Source of the DNA: Candidatus Pacearchaeota archaeon | GTDB taxonomy: Archaea; Nanobdellota; Nanobdellia; Pacearchaeales; GW2011-AR1 | Length of the DNA stretch: 64,000 nucleotides | NCBI GenBank assembly: GCA_018304025.1 | Contig: JAGVXA010000004.1 | Coordinates: 9,719 to 73,718 of the forward strand | Reading direction: 5' to 3' | In this document: one piece after another, positions 10,019 through 18,980 of the stretch | Layout: each line of letters starts with the position of its first letter | Position numbering within the stretch: position 1 is the first letter of the stretch | Notes under the pieces: generated by a model | Databases searched by the model: none | What the model was told of the DNA's origin: nothing | Seen by the model: only the letters and a program-made list of their open reading frames with translations | Made by a program: the position numbers and the translations under genes

Positions 10019-10501
10019 ATGGATAAAAAAATTATAATCTCCTTAGCCATAATAGCGTCGGTATTATTGATTTATTTTTCAAATCCTCCTTTAATCAGAA
10101 CCCAGATTGAATCTCCTCAAAAACAGCTTCCAGAAAAAACAAAACCTGTAGCAATAACGCAGGAAAACTTCCCAGTTTATCTCCAGCAAAATTCATTAAT
10201 TAAAGAGCTTCCGAAAAAAGCGATTCTCTCATTAAGACTTTATAATTTTGACACAGGCGAAAGAAGATGGGTCGGAGATTACACAATAGAAAAAGATTCT
10301 GTCTCAGAAGGATTGCCAGAATCTCCGGACGCTGAAATTATAATCCATTCGAAATATGCAGGAGAACTAATAAATAATTTTTGCCAAACAATCCAGAATG
10401 CAAAAACCAACAGAGATTTTGCGTTTGAATTAAAAGCAGAAAAATCCTCTCTGCTGTGGAAATACAAAGGCATGATGAAATATAGAGATTGCTTCAGTTG
10501 A
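10019..10501 (+). CDS. N-terminally anchored hypothetical protein
   Basis: TM helix at N-terminus; TATA tttaaa upstream. Confidence 0.7.
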   Translation: MDKKIIISLAIIASVLLIYFSNPPLIRTQIESPQKQLPEKTKPVAITQENFPVYLQQNSLIKELPKKAILSLRLYNFDTGERRWVGDYTIEKDSVSEGLPESPDAEIIIHSKYAGELINNFCQTIQNAKTNRDFAFELKAEKSSLLWKYKGMMKYRDCFS

Positions 10502-10517
10502 CTTTCAAAACCACTAA

Positions 10518-10548
10518 GTTTAAAACCTGCAATTTGATTAACTATAAA
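10518..10548 (+). promoter_or_regulatory. archaeal TATA promoter for the sigma-factor gene (leaderless)
   Basis: gtttaaaa at 10518-10525, about 24 nt before ATG 10549; same geometry as neighbouring genes. Confidence 0.6.
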
Positions 10549-11349
10549 ATGACAGTAAAATCATTGAAAAGAACACAAGGAAAAATACCGAGAGAAAGAT
10601 TTTATAAAAATCCGGCAGCCCACATATCAGAAGAAAAGCGGGCGTATTTGTGTTCTCCAGAAGCCAGAAAAAAATATGTAGACATTTCTTACGAAGAAGC
10701 AGAAAAGCTCGGGCAACTAGAAGAATTTTATCGTTTGTTTGCATTGGGCGAGCTGGCTCATCTCGCCGCGACAGGCGCCAGCGGAGAATCAGGCAAATTT
10801 GATTATTACGCAAAAGAATTCGACAGCATGCACGATAAAATCGCCAGAAAAAACACAGGATTAGTTTACAAAATGATTGGTGGGCAGCCTAAAACAGATC
10901 TTGACGATTTAGAATCAGAAGGATTTTATGCTTTGGCAAGAGCAATAGATAAGTTTAATCCATGGTCAGGATATCACTTTTCAACTTATGCCTGCTTTGC
11001 AATAATTCGCGCCGTCGGCAGAAGCAAAAAAAAGCAGTATAGAAACAAAGAAAGATTTAGGCTTTTAACAGATCCTTCCGCAGCATTGGACATTCCAGTA
11101 GAAAATTACGAGCTGTCTTCAGACAATACAGAACGTTTCCTTAAAAACCTCCCAAAGATTTTGATAAACCCAGATGTCCTAGATTTTCTCGATGCTGAAG
11201 TTATATCATCGCGATTTCCAAAAACAGGCGAAAAAGAAAGTCTCGAGTCAATAGGCAGGAGAATTGGTTTGTCAAAAGAAAGAGTCAGGCAGATTCAGAA
11301 CAAAGCATTAGTAAAATTAAGATTCAAATTAGAAGAGTTAGTAGTTTAA
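10549..11349 (+). CDS. bacterial-type RNA polymerase sigma-70 family factor (regions 2 and 4)
   Basis: Region 2: NTGLVYKM...DLDDLESEGFYALARAIDKFNPWSGYHFSTYACFAI; region 4.2 HTH: LESIGRRIGLSKERVRQIQNKALVKLR. Confidence 0.9.
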   Translation: MTVKSLKRTQGKIPRERFYKNPAAHISEEKRAYLCSPEARKKYVDISYEEAEKLGQLEEFYRLFALGELAHLAATGASGESGKFDYYAKEFDSMHDKIARKNTGLVYKMIGGQPKTDLDDLESEGFYALARAIDKFNPWSGYHFSTYACFAIIRAVGRSKKKQYRNKERFRLLTDPSAALDIPVENYELSSDNTERFLKNLPKILINPDVLDFLDAEVISSRFPKTGEKESLESIGRRIGLSKERVRQIQNKALVKLRFKLEELVV

Positions 11350-11360
11350 TTTTCAGCAAT

Positions 11361-11639
11361 CTAATATCTTCTCATGACAAATAACGCTTTCAAATTTTTA
11401 TTCCTTGTTCCGTCGCTGTGAAAAGCTCTTCTGTCAAGAAGAACGTGAAATGTCTCTTCAGGATATTGCTCGTTCCAATACTCCATATCTTCTTCTCTTA
11501 CGTTTGATATAAATTCATATCCCATTTCAAGAAGTCCCGCATGGAATTTTCTGGATTTTCTCTCCCCTTCTGTCATTTCTTCATCTTGCTCTCGCAAGCC
11601 AATTCTCGTTTCTTCAGGAAAATTCTGTCTTGAGTTCAT
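11361..11639 (-). CDS. hypothetical protein
   Basis: 92-aa ORF with upstream tttaaata TATA. Confidence 0.65.
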   Translation of the reverse strand: MNSRQNFPEETRIGLREQDEEMTEGERKSRKFHAGLLEMGYEFISNVREEDMEYWNEQYPEETFHVLLDRRAFHSDGTRNKNLKALFVMRRY

Positions 11640-11682
11640 AGAATTTATTTTAAAGTGCGCTATTTAAACTTTTTTGAAAACC

Positions 11683-11860
11683 GATATTGTAAACTTCTCG
11701 GGATAAATTTTGAATTCTCTGCTGTCATTAAATTTCTAAGGTTTATATAAACAGAATAAAATGAGATACCTGCGATTAATCGAGTTCAAGATAATTATCT
11801 GTAATCTGATATCTTTGACAAAAAAGAAATTTTGTTTTATCTCGTTAACTTGACAGTATC
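11683..11860. mobile_element. MITE copy A
   Basis: TIRs gatattgtaaa/ttgacagtatc; exact 9-bp flanking duplication ttgaaaacc (11674-11682, 11861-11869). Confidence 0.8.
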
Positions 11861-11930
11861 TTGAAAACCGCAGAATCATCTAATCTCTAGCAATTCGAAT
11901 TCGGACAATCATTCTGTTGTTTTCACAAAT

Positions 11931-12320
11931 TTATTTTCTCTTCCAATAAACTAATCCCAGAGAAATTGCAATAATTCCTAATATCGTCAGAAAGCTGTTC
12001 AGTAAATTAATTTTTACGCCGATTAAATTCAGATAAAAAACAGCGAGGGGAACAATAGCAATTGAAAGCGCAAATGAAAGTGCAATTCTCTCAATCCAGT
12101 CAATCGCGCCGTTTTCTTTTTCTTTAGAATCAAATTCTTTCGTCCTCGGAAAAAACACAAAAGTCAAGATAAATCCCGGCAGAAATAAAACATAAACAGA
12201 ACCAAAAACAATTCTAAAACTCTCGGAATATTCAAGCGCCCCGAATCCTCCAATTACCAAGCTTGCGACTGCTAAAACCGCAATAGCAATTCCAGTCCGA
12301 TAAAGCCATTTATTTTTCAT
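11931..12320 (-). CDS. DUF1616-like membrane protein
   Basis: RIVFGSVYVLFLPGF...IDWIERIALSFALSIAIVPL signature. Confidence 0.8.
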   Translation of the reverse strand: MKNKWLYRTGIAIAVLAVASLVIGGFGALEYSESFRIVFGSVYVLFLPGFILTFVFFPRTKEFDSKEKENGAIDWIERIALSFALSIAIVPLAVFYLNLIGVKINLLNSFLTILGIIAISLGLVYWKRK

Positions 12321-12370
12321 TAAAAACCCAAATCAAAAACGTATTTAAGCCTTCCGAAACTGGTAATACT

Positions 12371-13729
12371 ATGAAAAAATATGCAACTCTCTTGCTGGCA
12401 ATTCTGGTAGTTTCATCAGCTTTTCTTAATTTCCTTCCCCATCAAAATTACAAATACCCTTTGCATGTTGACGAATGGGTTCATTTTCAATTTTCAAATC
12501 ATCTTTCAAACAATTCTCCGTTGTATCTCGGCGGAGAAGTTTATAGTTTAGAAGGAGGATTCCATTTTTTGCTCGCCACCTTGAATTCCCTAGGAATCTC
12601 TTATCTGATTATGTTCACTTTTTTCGCTTCGCTGGTGACAATTCTGATTTGCTTGGGGGTTTTCATCCTCGCAAGAAAATTATTTGGCGAAACAGCTGCG
12701 TTGTTTTCTGTATTGTTCGTCGTGCTTCTAAAAAGTACAGTTGCTCTTCTTGGTCCAGTGTTCTTGGTGCCGATGGCAGTAGGACTTTTTTTTATCCCTG
12801 TCGCTGTCTATTTAGTTCATATAAAATCAAGCGCATGGGTGTTGATTCTTTCGTCTACTCTGATAATTCATCCTCCGACAGCTTTGGCTCTTTTACTTTT
12901 AATCAACACGCAATTCATAACCGAAAAAAAATTCAATGCCAAAAACATTTTGCTTCAGGGATTATCCGGTCTAATTGCCCTCCCATTCTATCTTCCTTTC
13001 TTTTTTGAAAGAGGCGCAGATTCTGTCAACGCCCTGTCTTTCACAATTATTTCCGGCGCGCTGTTTATCCCCAGCTTCTTAGGATATTTCATAACAGCGA
13101 TAATCGCCGCAGGCATATATTTTTCAACATCAAAAAAGAAATATTTTATAGCTGCCTCTTCTCTCGTCTTGCTCTTTTTCATTATTTTATTTTACAAATT
13201 CAAGATTGAATTTTTCCTGCCCTACAGGCGAACGCTGATGTATCTGTTTATCATCTTCGCAATTTCTTTCGGCTTGGGCTGCGCAGAAATCATCAGCTTG
13301 TTCAGGTCTAAAAAAATAAAAATAATAATCACAATAATTTTGTCAGTCCTTATTCTTGTATTTTCTCTTCCGCAAAAATTAGAGTCTAACTCTCCGATTT
13401 ATCACATAATTAACGAAGAAGATTTCAGGGCATTGAGTTACATAAAAGAGAACACGCCCGAAGAATCAATCGTTTTGGCAGACCCGTGGAAATCAAACGC
13501 AATCACTCCAATCGCAGAAAGGCAGGTTTACTCGCGAATTGTTCAGGGCCCCAGCAGGGAATCAGAAGCTAAAAACGAACAAGCCAGAATCTTTTTTGCA
13601 AACAATTGTCAGGACACCGCTTTCTTAGAACAAAATAATATCTCTGTAATCTACGGAAAATGCAGCTCGCAAAATCTGCAGGAAGTTTATCCTAATGTTC
13701 ATCGTTTTCAGTCAGCAGCAGCCAGCTAA
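12371..13729 (+). CDS. multi-pass membrane protein, GT-C-fold glycosyltransferase-like
   Basis: HVDEWVH acidic first loop, about 11 TM helices, soluble C-domain YIKENTPEESIVLADPW. Confidence 0.65.
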   Translation: MKKYATLLLAILVVSSAFLNFLPHQNYKYPLHVDEWVHFQFSNHLSNNSPLYLGGEVYSLEGGFHFLLATLNSLGISYLIMFTFFASLVTILICLGVFILARKLFGETAALFSVLFVVLLKSTVALLGPVFLVPMAVGLFFIPVAVYLVHIKSSAWVLILSSTLIIHPPTALALLLLINTQFITEKKFNAKNILLQGLSGLIALPFYLPFFFERGADSVNALSFTIISGALFIPSFLGYFITAIIAAGIYFSTSKKKYFIAASSLVLLFFIILFYKFKIEFFLPYRRTLMYLFIIFAISFGLGCAEIISLFRSKKIKIIITIILSVLILVFSLPQKLESNSPIYHIINEEDFRALSYIKENTPEESIVLADPWKSNAITPIAERQVYSRIVQGPSRESEAKNEQARIFFANNCQDTAFLEQNNISVIYGKCSSQNLQEVYPNVHRFQSAAAS

Positions 13730-14096
13730 GCAAGGCAATAATCAATCCGCCGAGAATTGAAATCACATAGCCAATCCATCCCAGTTCTTTCAGCTTCAGA
13801 AAAATAATCGCAGCTCCTAAAACTCCCAGCCCGATAATCAGTAATTTGTCCCTTAGATTAAATTCTTCTTTTCTTTCTGTTTTCTCAACAGGAAACAAAA
13901 TACTCAGCGCCCCGAAGACAATAACAATCAGCATGAACCAATTCACGTTGATTCTTGTGTCTATAAATGACGGATAAAATTCCTTGACTAGAAGAACAAT
14001 CAAAAACAAAATCAGCAGCGTCTGAAAAACATAAGAAAAAATATACTTGGCATGCTCCCAAACGCGCCTTTCTTCGTAGCTCAAATTGAATCTCAT
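13692..14096 (-). CDS. 4-TM membrane protein
   Basis: Four hydrophobic segments. Confidence 0.75.
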   Translation of the reverse strand: MRFNLSYEERRVWEHAKYIFSYVFQTLLILFLIVLLVKEFYPSFIDTRINVNWFMLIVIVFGALSILFPVEKTERKEEFNLRDKLLIIGLGVLGAAIIFLKLKELGWIGYVISILGGLIIALLSWLLLTENDEH

Positions 14097-14097
14097 T

Positions 14098-15285
14098 TTA
14101 TCCTATCTCTCCAACAACTTTAGATATATAATCATTTACACTTCCGGCGTACTGCTCAGATTCAATGTACCAGTCATTCCCGCCGTGCAGCAATTCCGGC
14201 TCCTCAACAACAATAAAATATACCGGTGCGTATCCGTCGTCGTAAGGAGTGTAAACCCAGAACACGTTCCACAAAAATGAATTTTTAAACTGGGCAGATT
14301 CTGGCGAATAAACAATTATCGCTTTTTCCTCTTCGGGATTATAAAATATTTCGTATTTCGAATCTGAAACATCGCTTGCGCTCCCGCTTCTCGTTGTCAC
14401 CTTCTGATTCACATTAATTTTGTTTAAAACATTTTCTCGCAGTTCATCAGAAATATCTGTCGTCGCGCTCCCGCTTTTGTTAAGGATAATTTCAGGAGTT
14501 TGTTCAATCTCTACAACTTCGTTGTCATTTTTCAGCCAAGTTCCATTCTCCAGCAAAACATCATAGCCTTTCATTGTAAACCCGTAAGCGAAATCCCCCA
14601 GCTTTTCATTTTCATCTGCGTTAAACTTGATTTTGAAATAAGGTTTTTTCTTGTAAAAATTATAATCAAATCCCGCCCCTTCAATTTCTCCGCTCCCCAG
14701 CAAAACATCAACTTTCTTCTCGTCCCAGGACGTTTCTTCGTTGACTGTTATTTTCTCCAAATCAGTAAACCATCCGATTCTTGTAACTTCCTCGGGATTT
14801 GTCGTGAGCGGTTCTAATCTTATTTCTTTATCTAGAGAAATAACAGTATACGCCTCTCCGTTTTCATCAAAAACAAGTTCTTTGTAGCTTTCCTTTCCGA
14901 ATAATCTGTCTTCTTTTCCGTCGTATTCCAGTTTGCTTTCCCATCCAGTCAGGGTGAATAAATTAGTTCCCTTGTAATAAATATCTCCGGGCAATCCAGT
15001 CGTGTCTTTGACAATCACGTCAATGTCCTTGAACTTTGCTTCAACCGGCGGGGTAGTCGCAAATGAAATAATCAAGACAGCAGCCAATACCAAGACAATG
15101 CTTCCCAAGACAATCCATTTTTTGTTGATTGACTTTTCAACTCCCGAGATTTTTTCCCTCGTCTCTTCCTTAATTTGAGAAGAATAAATTTCATGAAACT
15201 CTGCGGGCTTGGCTGCTTTTTTCTGGCTCTCTTTTCTCCACTTCTCAAATTCTTCTTCCCATTCGTCTTTTTTTCCTTTGTTCAT
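14098..15285 (-). CDS. single-pass membrane protein with large acidic extracellular domain
   Basis: Charged N-terminus, TM at about aa 57-76, long ORF. Confidence 0.75.
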   Translation of the reverse strand: MNKGKKDEWEEEFEKWRKESQKKAAKPAEFHEIYSSQIKEETREKISGVEKSINKKWIVLGSIVLVLAAVLIISFATTPPVEAKFKDIDVIVKDTTGLPGDIYYKGTNLFTLTGWESKLEYDGKEDRLFGKESYKELVFDENGEAYTVISLDKEIRLEPLTTNPEEVTRIGWFTDLEKITVNEETSWDEKKVDVLLGSGEIEGAGFDYNFYKKKPYFKIKFNADENEKLGDFAYGFTMKGYDVLLENGTWLKNDNEVVEIEQTPEIILNKSGSATTDISDELRENVLNKINVNQKVTTRSGSASDVSDSKYEIFYNPEEEKAIIVYSPESAQFKNSFLWNVFWVYTPYDDGYAPVYFIVVEEPELLHGGNDWYIESEQYAGSVNDYISKVVGEIG

Positions 15286-15365
15286 ATAATTACGTTTCAG
15301 TAGTGCATATTTAAACTTTGCTCACGATTAGCAACATTTAAAATCTTTAACGCTCTATACTCTAT

Positions 15366-15575
15366 ATGTCAAAAACAACACAGGAAATAAACTACGATTA
15401 TTTTATGGAAGCAGATATTAGCGGATTTATCGGAGAGTGGATTGCAGTTTGTGAAAATAAAATTATCGCCCATGGGAGAAACTTGAAAGAAGTTGTAGAA
15501 CATGCAAAAAAAGTTTCTCAAGGAAAGAAATTCCTTCTTGCTCGCGTGCCAAGCAAAGAGGCGATGATATTCTAG
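15366..15575 (+). CDS. DUF5678-like small protein
   Basis: FIGEWIAVCENKIIAHGRNLKEV...ARVP signature. Confidence 0.8.
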   Translation: MSKTTQEINYDYFMEADISGFIGEWIAVCENKIIAHGRNLKEVVEHAKKVSQGKKFLLARVPSKEAMIF

Positions 15576-15576
15576 A

Positions 15577-15718
15577 ATGAGTTTAACATTTAAATACAAA
15601 AGAGTGAAAAGACCAAACAACACAGAGATTAAGTCTCCTTTTATTCTTTGATAAGTTCGTTATAACTTTCGATCAAAAAGAAGAAAAAGTAGTTTTGAAG
15701 TATAATCCAAATAATTAG
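15577..15718 (+). pseudogene. internally deleted retropepsin-like aspartyl protease remnant
   Basis: MSLTFKYKRVKRPNNTEIKSPFI joined out of frame to FFDKFVITFDQKEEKVVLKYNPNN*; catalytic core missing; follows the DUF5678-like gene. Confidence 0.65.
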
Positions 15719-15759
15719 TTTTTGCTTTTTATCAGCACTCAAATTTTCAGAAGCAGTGC

Positions 15760-15912
15760 GATACTGTAAACTCATCAGGATAAATCCTCCAAGTTGTCAT
15801 ATCTTAAACCTCCAAGGCATATCAACAACGACGATAAATCAAATGCAGATAATTATTTTGAATTCTTGATGAAACAGAAACTTTGTCATGTCTTGCTGTC
15901 TTGACAAGTATC
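15760..15912. mobile_element. MITE copy B
   Basis: TIRs gatactgtaaa/ttgacaagtatc; interior closely similar to copy C; cagaagca on both flanks (offset by 4 nt on the left). Confidence 0.8.
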
Positions 15913-15955
15913 CAGAAGCACTCAAATTTATATATTCGAAAAATCAAATTGTTTT

Positions 15956-17011
15956 ATGAGCCTGATAAAAAACAGCACGATCGTGGTGGCAGGAATAATT
16001 ATCTCAAATATTTTTGCGTACGTCTTCCACATTTACGTCGGCAGAGTTCTCGGCCCGGCAGATTACGGGGTTTTCGGTGCGCTGATGTCCCTCTTTTTGC
16101 TAGTCTCTCTTCCGGCAGGTTCAATCGGCTCTGCAGTCACGAAATTTACAGCGAGATTTAAGTCAAAAAAAGAATACCAAAAAATAGGAGCGTTGAGAAA
16201 AAGAATGAGTAAAAAAGTTTTTCTGATTTCGGCATTTATTTTCTTGTTTATTGTTCTGTTGTCCGGAGAGATTGCAGATTATTTGAAAATTGATTCAAAT
16301 GTTCCTGTGATGCTTGTGGGTTTCACGCTAATTTTCGCTTTTATTCTGCCGATAAATCGGGGAGTTTTGCAGGGAATGAAGAAATTTAAAATTTATAGCA
16401 TCAATACTATTTTGGAATCTGTTTCAAGATTGATTCTTGTTGTTTTTCTCGTCATGCTGGGATTGGGAGCAGACGGCGCAATTTTAGCTTACGGCCTGGC
16501 TTATCTTGTTGCGTTTGCCGCGATATTTCCTTTCATCAAGGACGTGAACGGAAAAGAGAAAAGTTTTGAATTAAAACCCGTTTGGAAGTTTGTGATTATA
16601 GTCTTGTTTACAAATCTGATTTTGCAGCTCGTCATAAATCTGCCCACAATTTTTATCAAGCATTATCTCTCTGCAGAATTCACAGGACTTTGGACAGCAG
16701 CGCTTACACTTGCGAGAGTTTCTTTGTTTGTCACGGGGGGAATAGCGTTGGTAATGTTTCCGGAAGTCGCGGAGAAAGAGAATAAGAAAGAGAGAAGAAA
16801 AGTCTTGCTGCATTGTTTGCTGTTGACAGTCGCGGCGTCAGTCGGAATTGCGTCAATATTTCTTTTGTTCGGAAATCTGGCTGTTTCGTTGTTGTACGGA
16901 GTTGAATATCTCGGCGCTGTTCCACTTTTGCAGTGGATGGCTTTTGCAATGATTTTTCTTGCGGTGATTCAGCTGTTTGTAAATTATTGGCTTGCGAAGA
17001 TGGGGAGTTGA
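15956..17011 (+). CDS. Wzx-like oligosaccharide flippase
   Basis: RVLGPADYGVFGALMS, LARVSLF...VMFPEV, LYGVEYLGAVPLLQ; many TM helices. Confidence 0.85.
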   Translation: MSLIKNSTIVVAGIIISNIFAYVFHIYVGRVLGPADYGVFGALMSLFLLVSLPAGSIGSAVTKFTARFKSKKEYQKIGALRKRMSKKVFLISAFIFLFIVLLSGEIADYLKIDSNVPVMLVGFTLIFAFILPINRGVLQGMKKFKIYSINTILESVSRLILVVFLVMLGLGADGAILAYGLAYLVAFAAIFPFIKDVNGKEKSFELKPVWKFVIIVLFTNLILQLVINLPTIFIKHYLSAEFTGLWTAALTLARVSLFVTGGIALVMFPEVAEKENKKERRKVLLHCLLLTVAASVGIASIFLLFGNLAVSLLYGVEYLGAVPLLQWMAFAMIFLAVIQLFVNYWLAKMGS

Positions 17012-17066
17012 TTCTTCTCAGGGCTTTTTTCCGAGGGAAGTTTAGATAAGTAAGATTATAAATTTA

Positions 17067-17324
17067 TTAATCATAAACTCTTCCTCTCTTGTCTATATCT
17101 GAAATAAGAAGCGCGTTTTTTTCATCAAAAACAACATAAAGAATCCTGTAACTTCCAACTCTTACTCTGAAGACTTTCTCTTTTCTTCCACCAACTCTTT
17201 TCCTGTCTTTAGGATAAGGATTCACTGCTAACGAATTTATTTTATCATTTATCCTGTTGTATAAATCGTCATCACAATCTCTAAGAAATTTCTTGGAGTT
17301 ATTTGAAAACTCTAGTTTTAGCAT
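17067..17324 (-). CDS. relE: RelE/ParE family toxin
   Basis: NPYP...FRVRVGSYRILY...IDKRGRVY. Confidence 0.9.
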   Translation of the reverse strand: MLKLEFSNNSKKFLRDCDDDLYNRINDKINSLAVNPYPKDRKRVGGRKEKVFRVRVGSYRILYVVFDEKNALLISDIDKRGRVYD

Positions 17325-17514
17325 TTTTTCTCTCTTTTTCTAGTTCTTCTAAAGAAATAGTTTTCCCTTCTTCAAATTCTATTAAACTTTCATCTAATCT
17401 TTCTTCTTCCTCAGGAGTCAAAACACAATCCGCGTCTATCATGTGGCTTTTAATAAAATCCAATTCTGCCTTTATCATGTCTAATTTGCTTATTATTATT
17501 CTTTCGTTTTCCAT
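17299..17514 (-). CDS. RelB-like antitoxin
   Basis: LTPEEEERLDESLIEFEEGKTISLEEL; upstream of and overlapping relE. Confidence 0.8.
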   Translation of the reverse strand: MENERIIISKLDMIKAELDFIKSHMIDADCVLTPEEEERLDESLIEFEEGKTISLEELEKERKNAKTRVFK

Positions 17515-17523
17515 AAAAATGAA

Positions 17524-17549
17524 CCCTCCGTTGCCGAAACAAAGGAGGG
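17524..17549 (-). promoter_or_regulatory. UUCG hairpin occluding the antitoxin RBS
   Basis: Minus-strand RNA CCCUCC-U-UUGU-UUCG-GCAA-C-GGAGGG, 9 nt before ATG 17514. Confidence 0.55.
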
Positions 17550-17734
17550 GAGTTAATTAATTTATTTAGTTATCCTCTATATTTAATCTTTTCGTTGTCT
17601 TGAGTTTCTGGATTCTCGGTTGTTATTTCGCGTCGGTAATTCGGATTCGCGCGGTTGCGGCGATGTTATGTTATGATGGTTGCGGCGACACGACGACCAA
17701 AGACGAGGGGAGTTGGTAATTTGGATTCGCGAGG

Positions 17735-17839
17735 TTAACGAAACGGGCTTATTCTCTTTTTTGGATTTACAAAATTCCAAATCAAAGTAAAAAGAATTAC
17801 AACCCCAATAAAACCAAGTACTATCTTTATTGTTTCCAT
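17735..17839 (-). CDS. 34-aa single-TM peptide
   Basis: METIKIVLGFIGVVILFTLIWNFVNPKKRISPFR*; TATA-like ttaaata about 22 nt upstream; below the ORF-track cutoff. Confidence 0.55.
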   Translation of the reverse strand: METIKIVLGFIGVVILFTLIWNFVNPKKRISPFR

Positions 17840-17933
17840 AATTTATCTTCGGCATTTATCTATTTAATAATTTAGATATTGGTTGGTTAAGAAGGAGAGT
17901 TAATTTTATAACCGCTCTAACCAATCAAATACC

Positions 17934-18971
17934 ATGAAGAAAAAATTATTAGTCTTTATAGACAGAAACGATATTGCCGATTTTCTAAAGAGAAATTTAT
18001 CAAAAGACTTTGAAGTCACTATTGCCCCATTTGAACAAGAGAAATACAGTATAAAAGATTTATTAAAATATTCTAAGAATTTTAAAAATTACGACATTAT
18101 TCATACTTCTTCTTTCTTTATCCCCGCTTATCTTCTTTACAGAAACAAAAAGAAATACGGAACTAAGTATACTATAACGCTTAATGGTTTAATTTGGAAA
18201 GAACTTGAAGACTATCTACCTAACCGAATGCTTCTCAAGTTTTTGGCTTGGAGAACTCTTCAAAAATTAACAGAAAAGATTTTTGCAAAAGCAGACCATA
18301 TATTCTTTGTCAGCAAATCTCTTGAAGAAAAGTTTAGAAAAAGATATAGAGGAATAGATAAAATGAAACTTAGCATATCATACAGGCCATTACAAAAAAT
18401 TTCAAAAAAGCATTTAAAAAAAGACCACAGAATAGAAGACAAAATTAGATTTATAACTATAACCTCTGGGAAGTTCAAGGAAAAAGCTGAAGGTATAAAA
18501 GAGATTATAAAAATGTTAGAAAAATTGAAATTAGAATTTACCTTCGACATAATTGCTAGCGCAGGTAAACATGAAAAGTTAATCAAAGAGATAATAGAAA
18601 ACAGTAAAATAAAAGAAAAGATTAATTATTTTGGCGAGGTAGACACTGTTTACTCCCTTCTAAAAAATGCAGACATCTTTATTTATTCTTCTAAACTAGA
18701 TGCTTTTCCAAGAGTTATTCGTGAAGCAAAATACATCGGATTGCCAGTCATTTTAATAAAATCTCCGGACATAAAAGAAACTGTAAGACATAACAAAACA
18801 GGTTTTATTGTTAAAAACTCAAACGAACTTCAAGACTCACTAAACAAAATAATTAAAGACAAAAAATTTAGAGAAGAACTACTAAAAAACTCTAGAGAAG
18901 AAGTCATTAATCAATTTAGTGAACTCGAAATTTTTAAAAAATATAAAAAAGTATGGGAAGAACTCGTTTAA
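17934..18971 (+). CDS. GT4 family glycosyltransferase
   Basis: ADIFIYSSKLDAFPRVIREAKYIGLPVI. Confidence 0.88.
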   Translation: MKKKLLVFIDRNDIADFLKRNLSKDFEVTIAPFEQEKYSIKDLLKYSKNFKNYDIIHTSSFFIPAYLLYRNKKKYGTKYTITLNGLIWKELEDYLPNRMLLKFLAWRTLQKLTEKIFAKADHIFFVSKSLEEKFRKRYRGIDKMKLSISYRPLQKISKKHLKKDHRIEDKIRFITITSGKFKEKAEGIKEIIKMLEKLKLEFTFDIIASAGKHEKLIKEIIENSKIKEKINYFGEVDTVYSLLKNADIFIYSSKLDAFPRVIREAKYIGLPVILIKSPDIKETVRHNKTGFIVKNSNELQDSLNKIIKDKKFREELLKNSREEVINQFSELEIFKKYKKVWEELV

Positions 18972-18980
18972 ACTTAATCT

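Noticed and set aside
10489..11349. Bacterial contig or contamination as the explanation for the sigma factor
   Set aside because: The gene has an archaeal TATA/leaderless layout and composition like its neighbours; only read mapping can fully exclude chimerism
17635..17736. Mini CRISPR array
   Set aside because: Only two imperfect 22-bp repeats 80 bp apart, the spacer is itself repetitive, and there are no cas genes in the window
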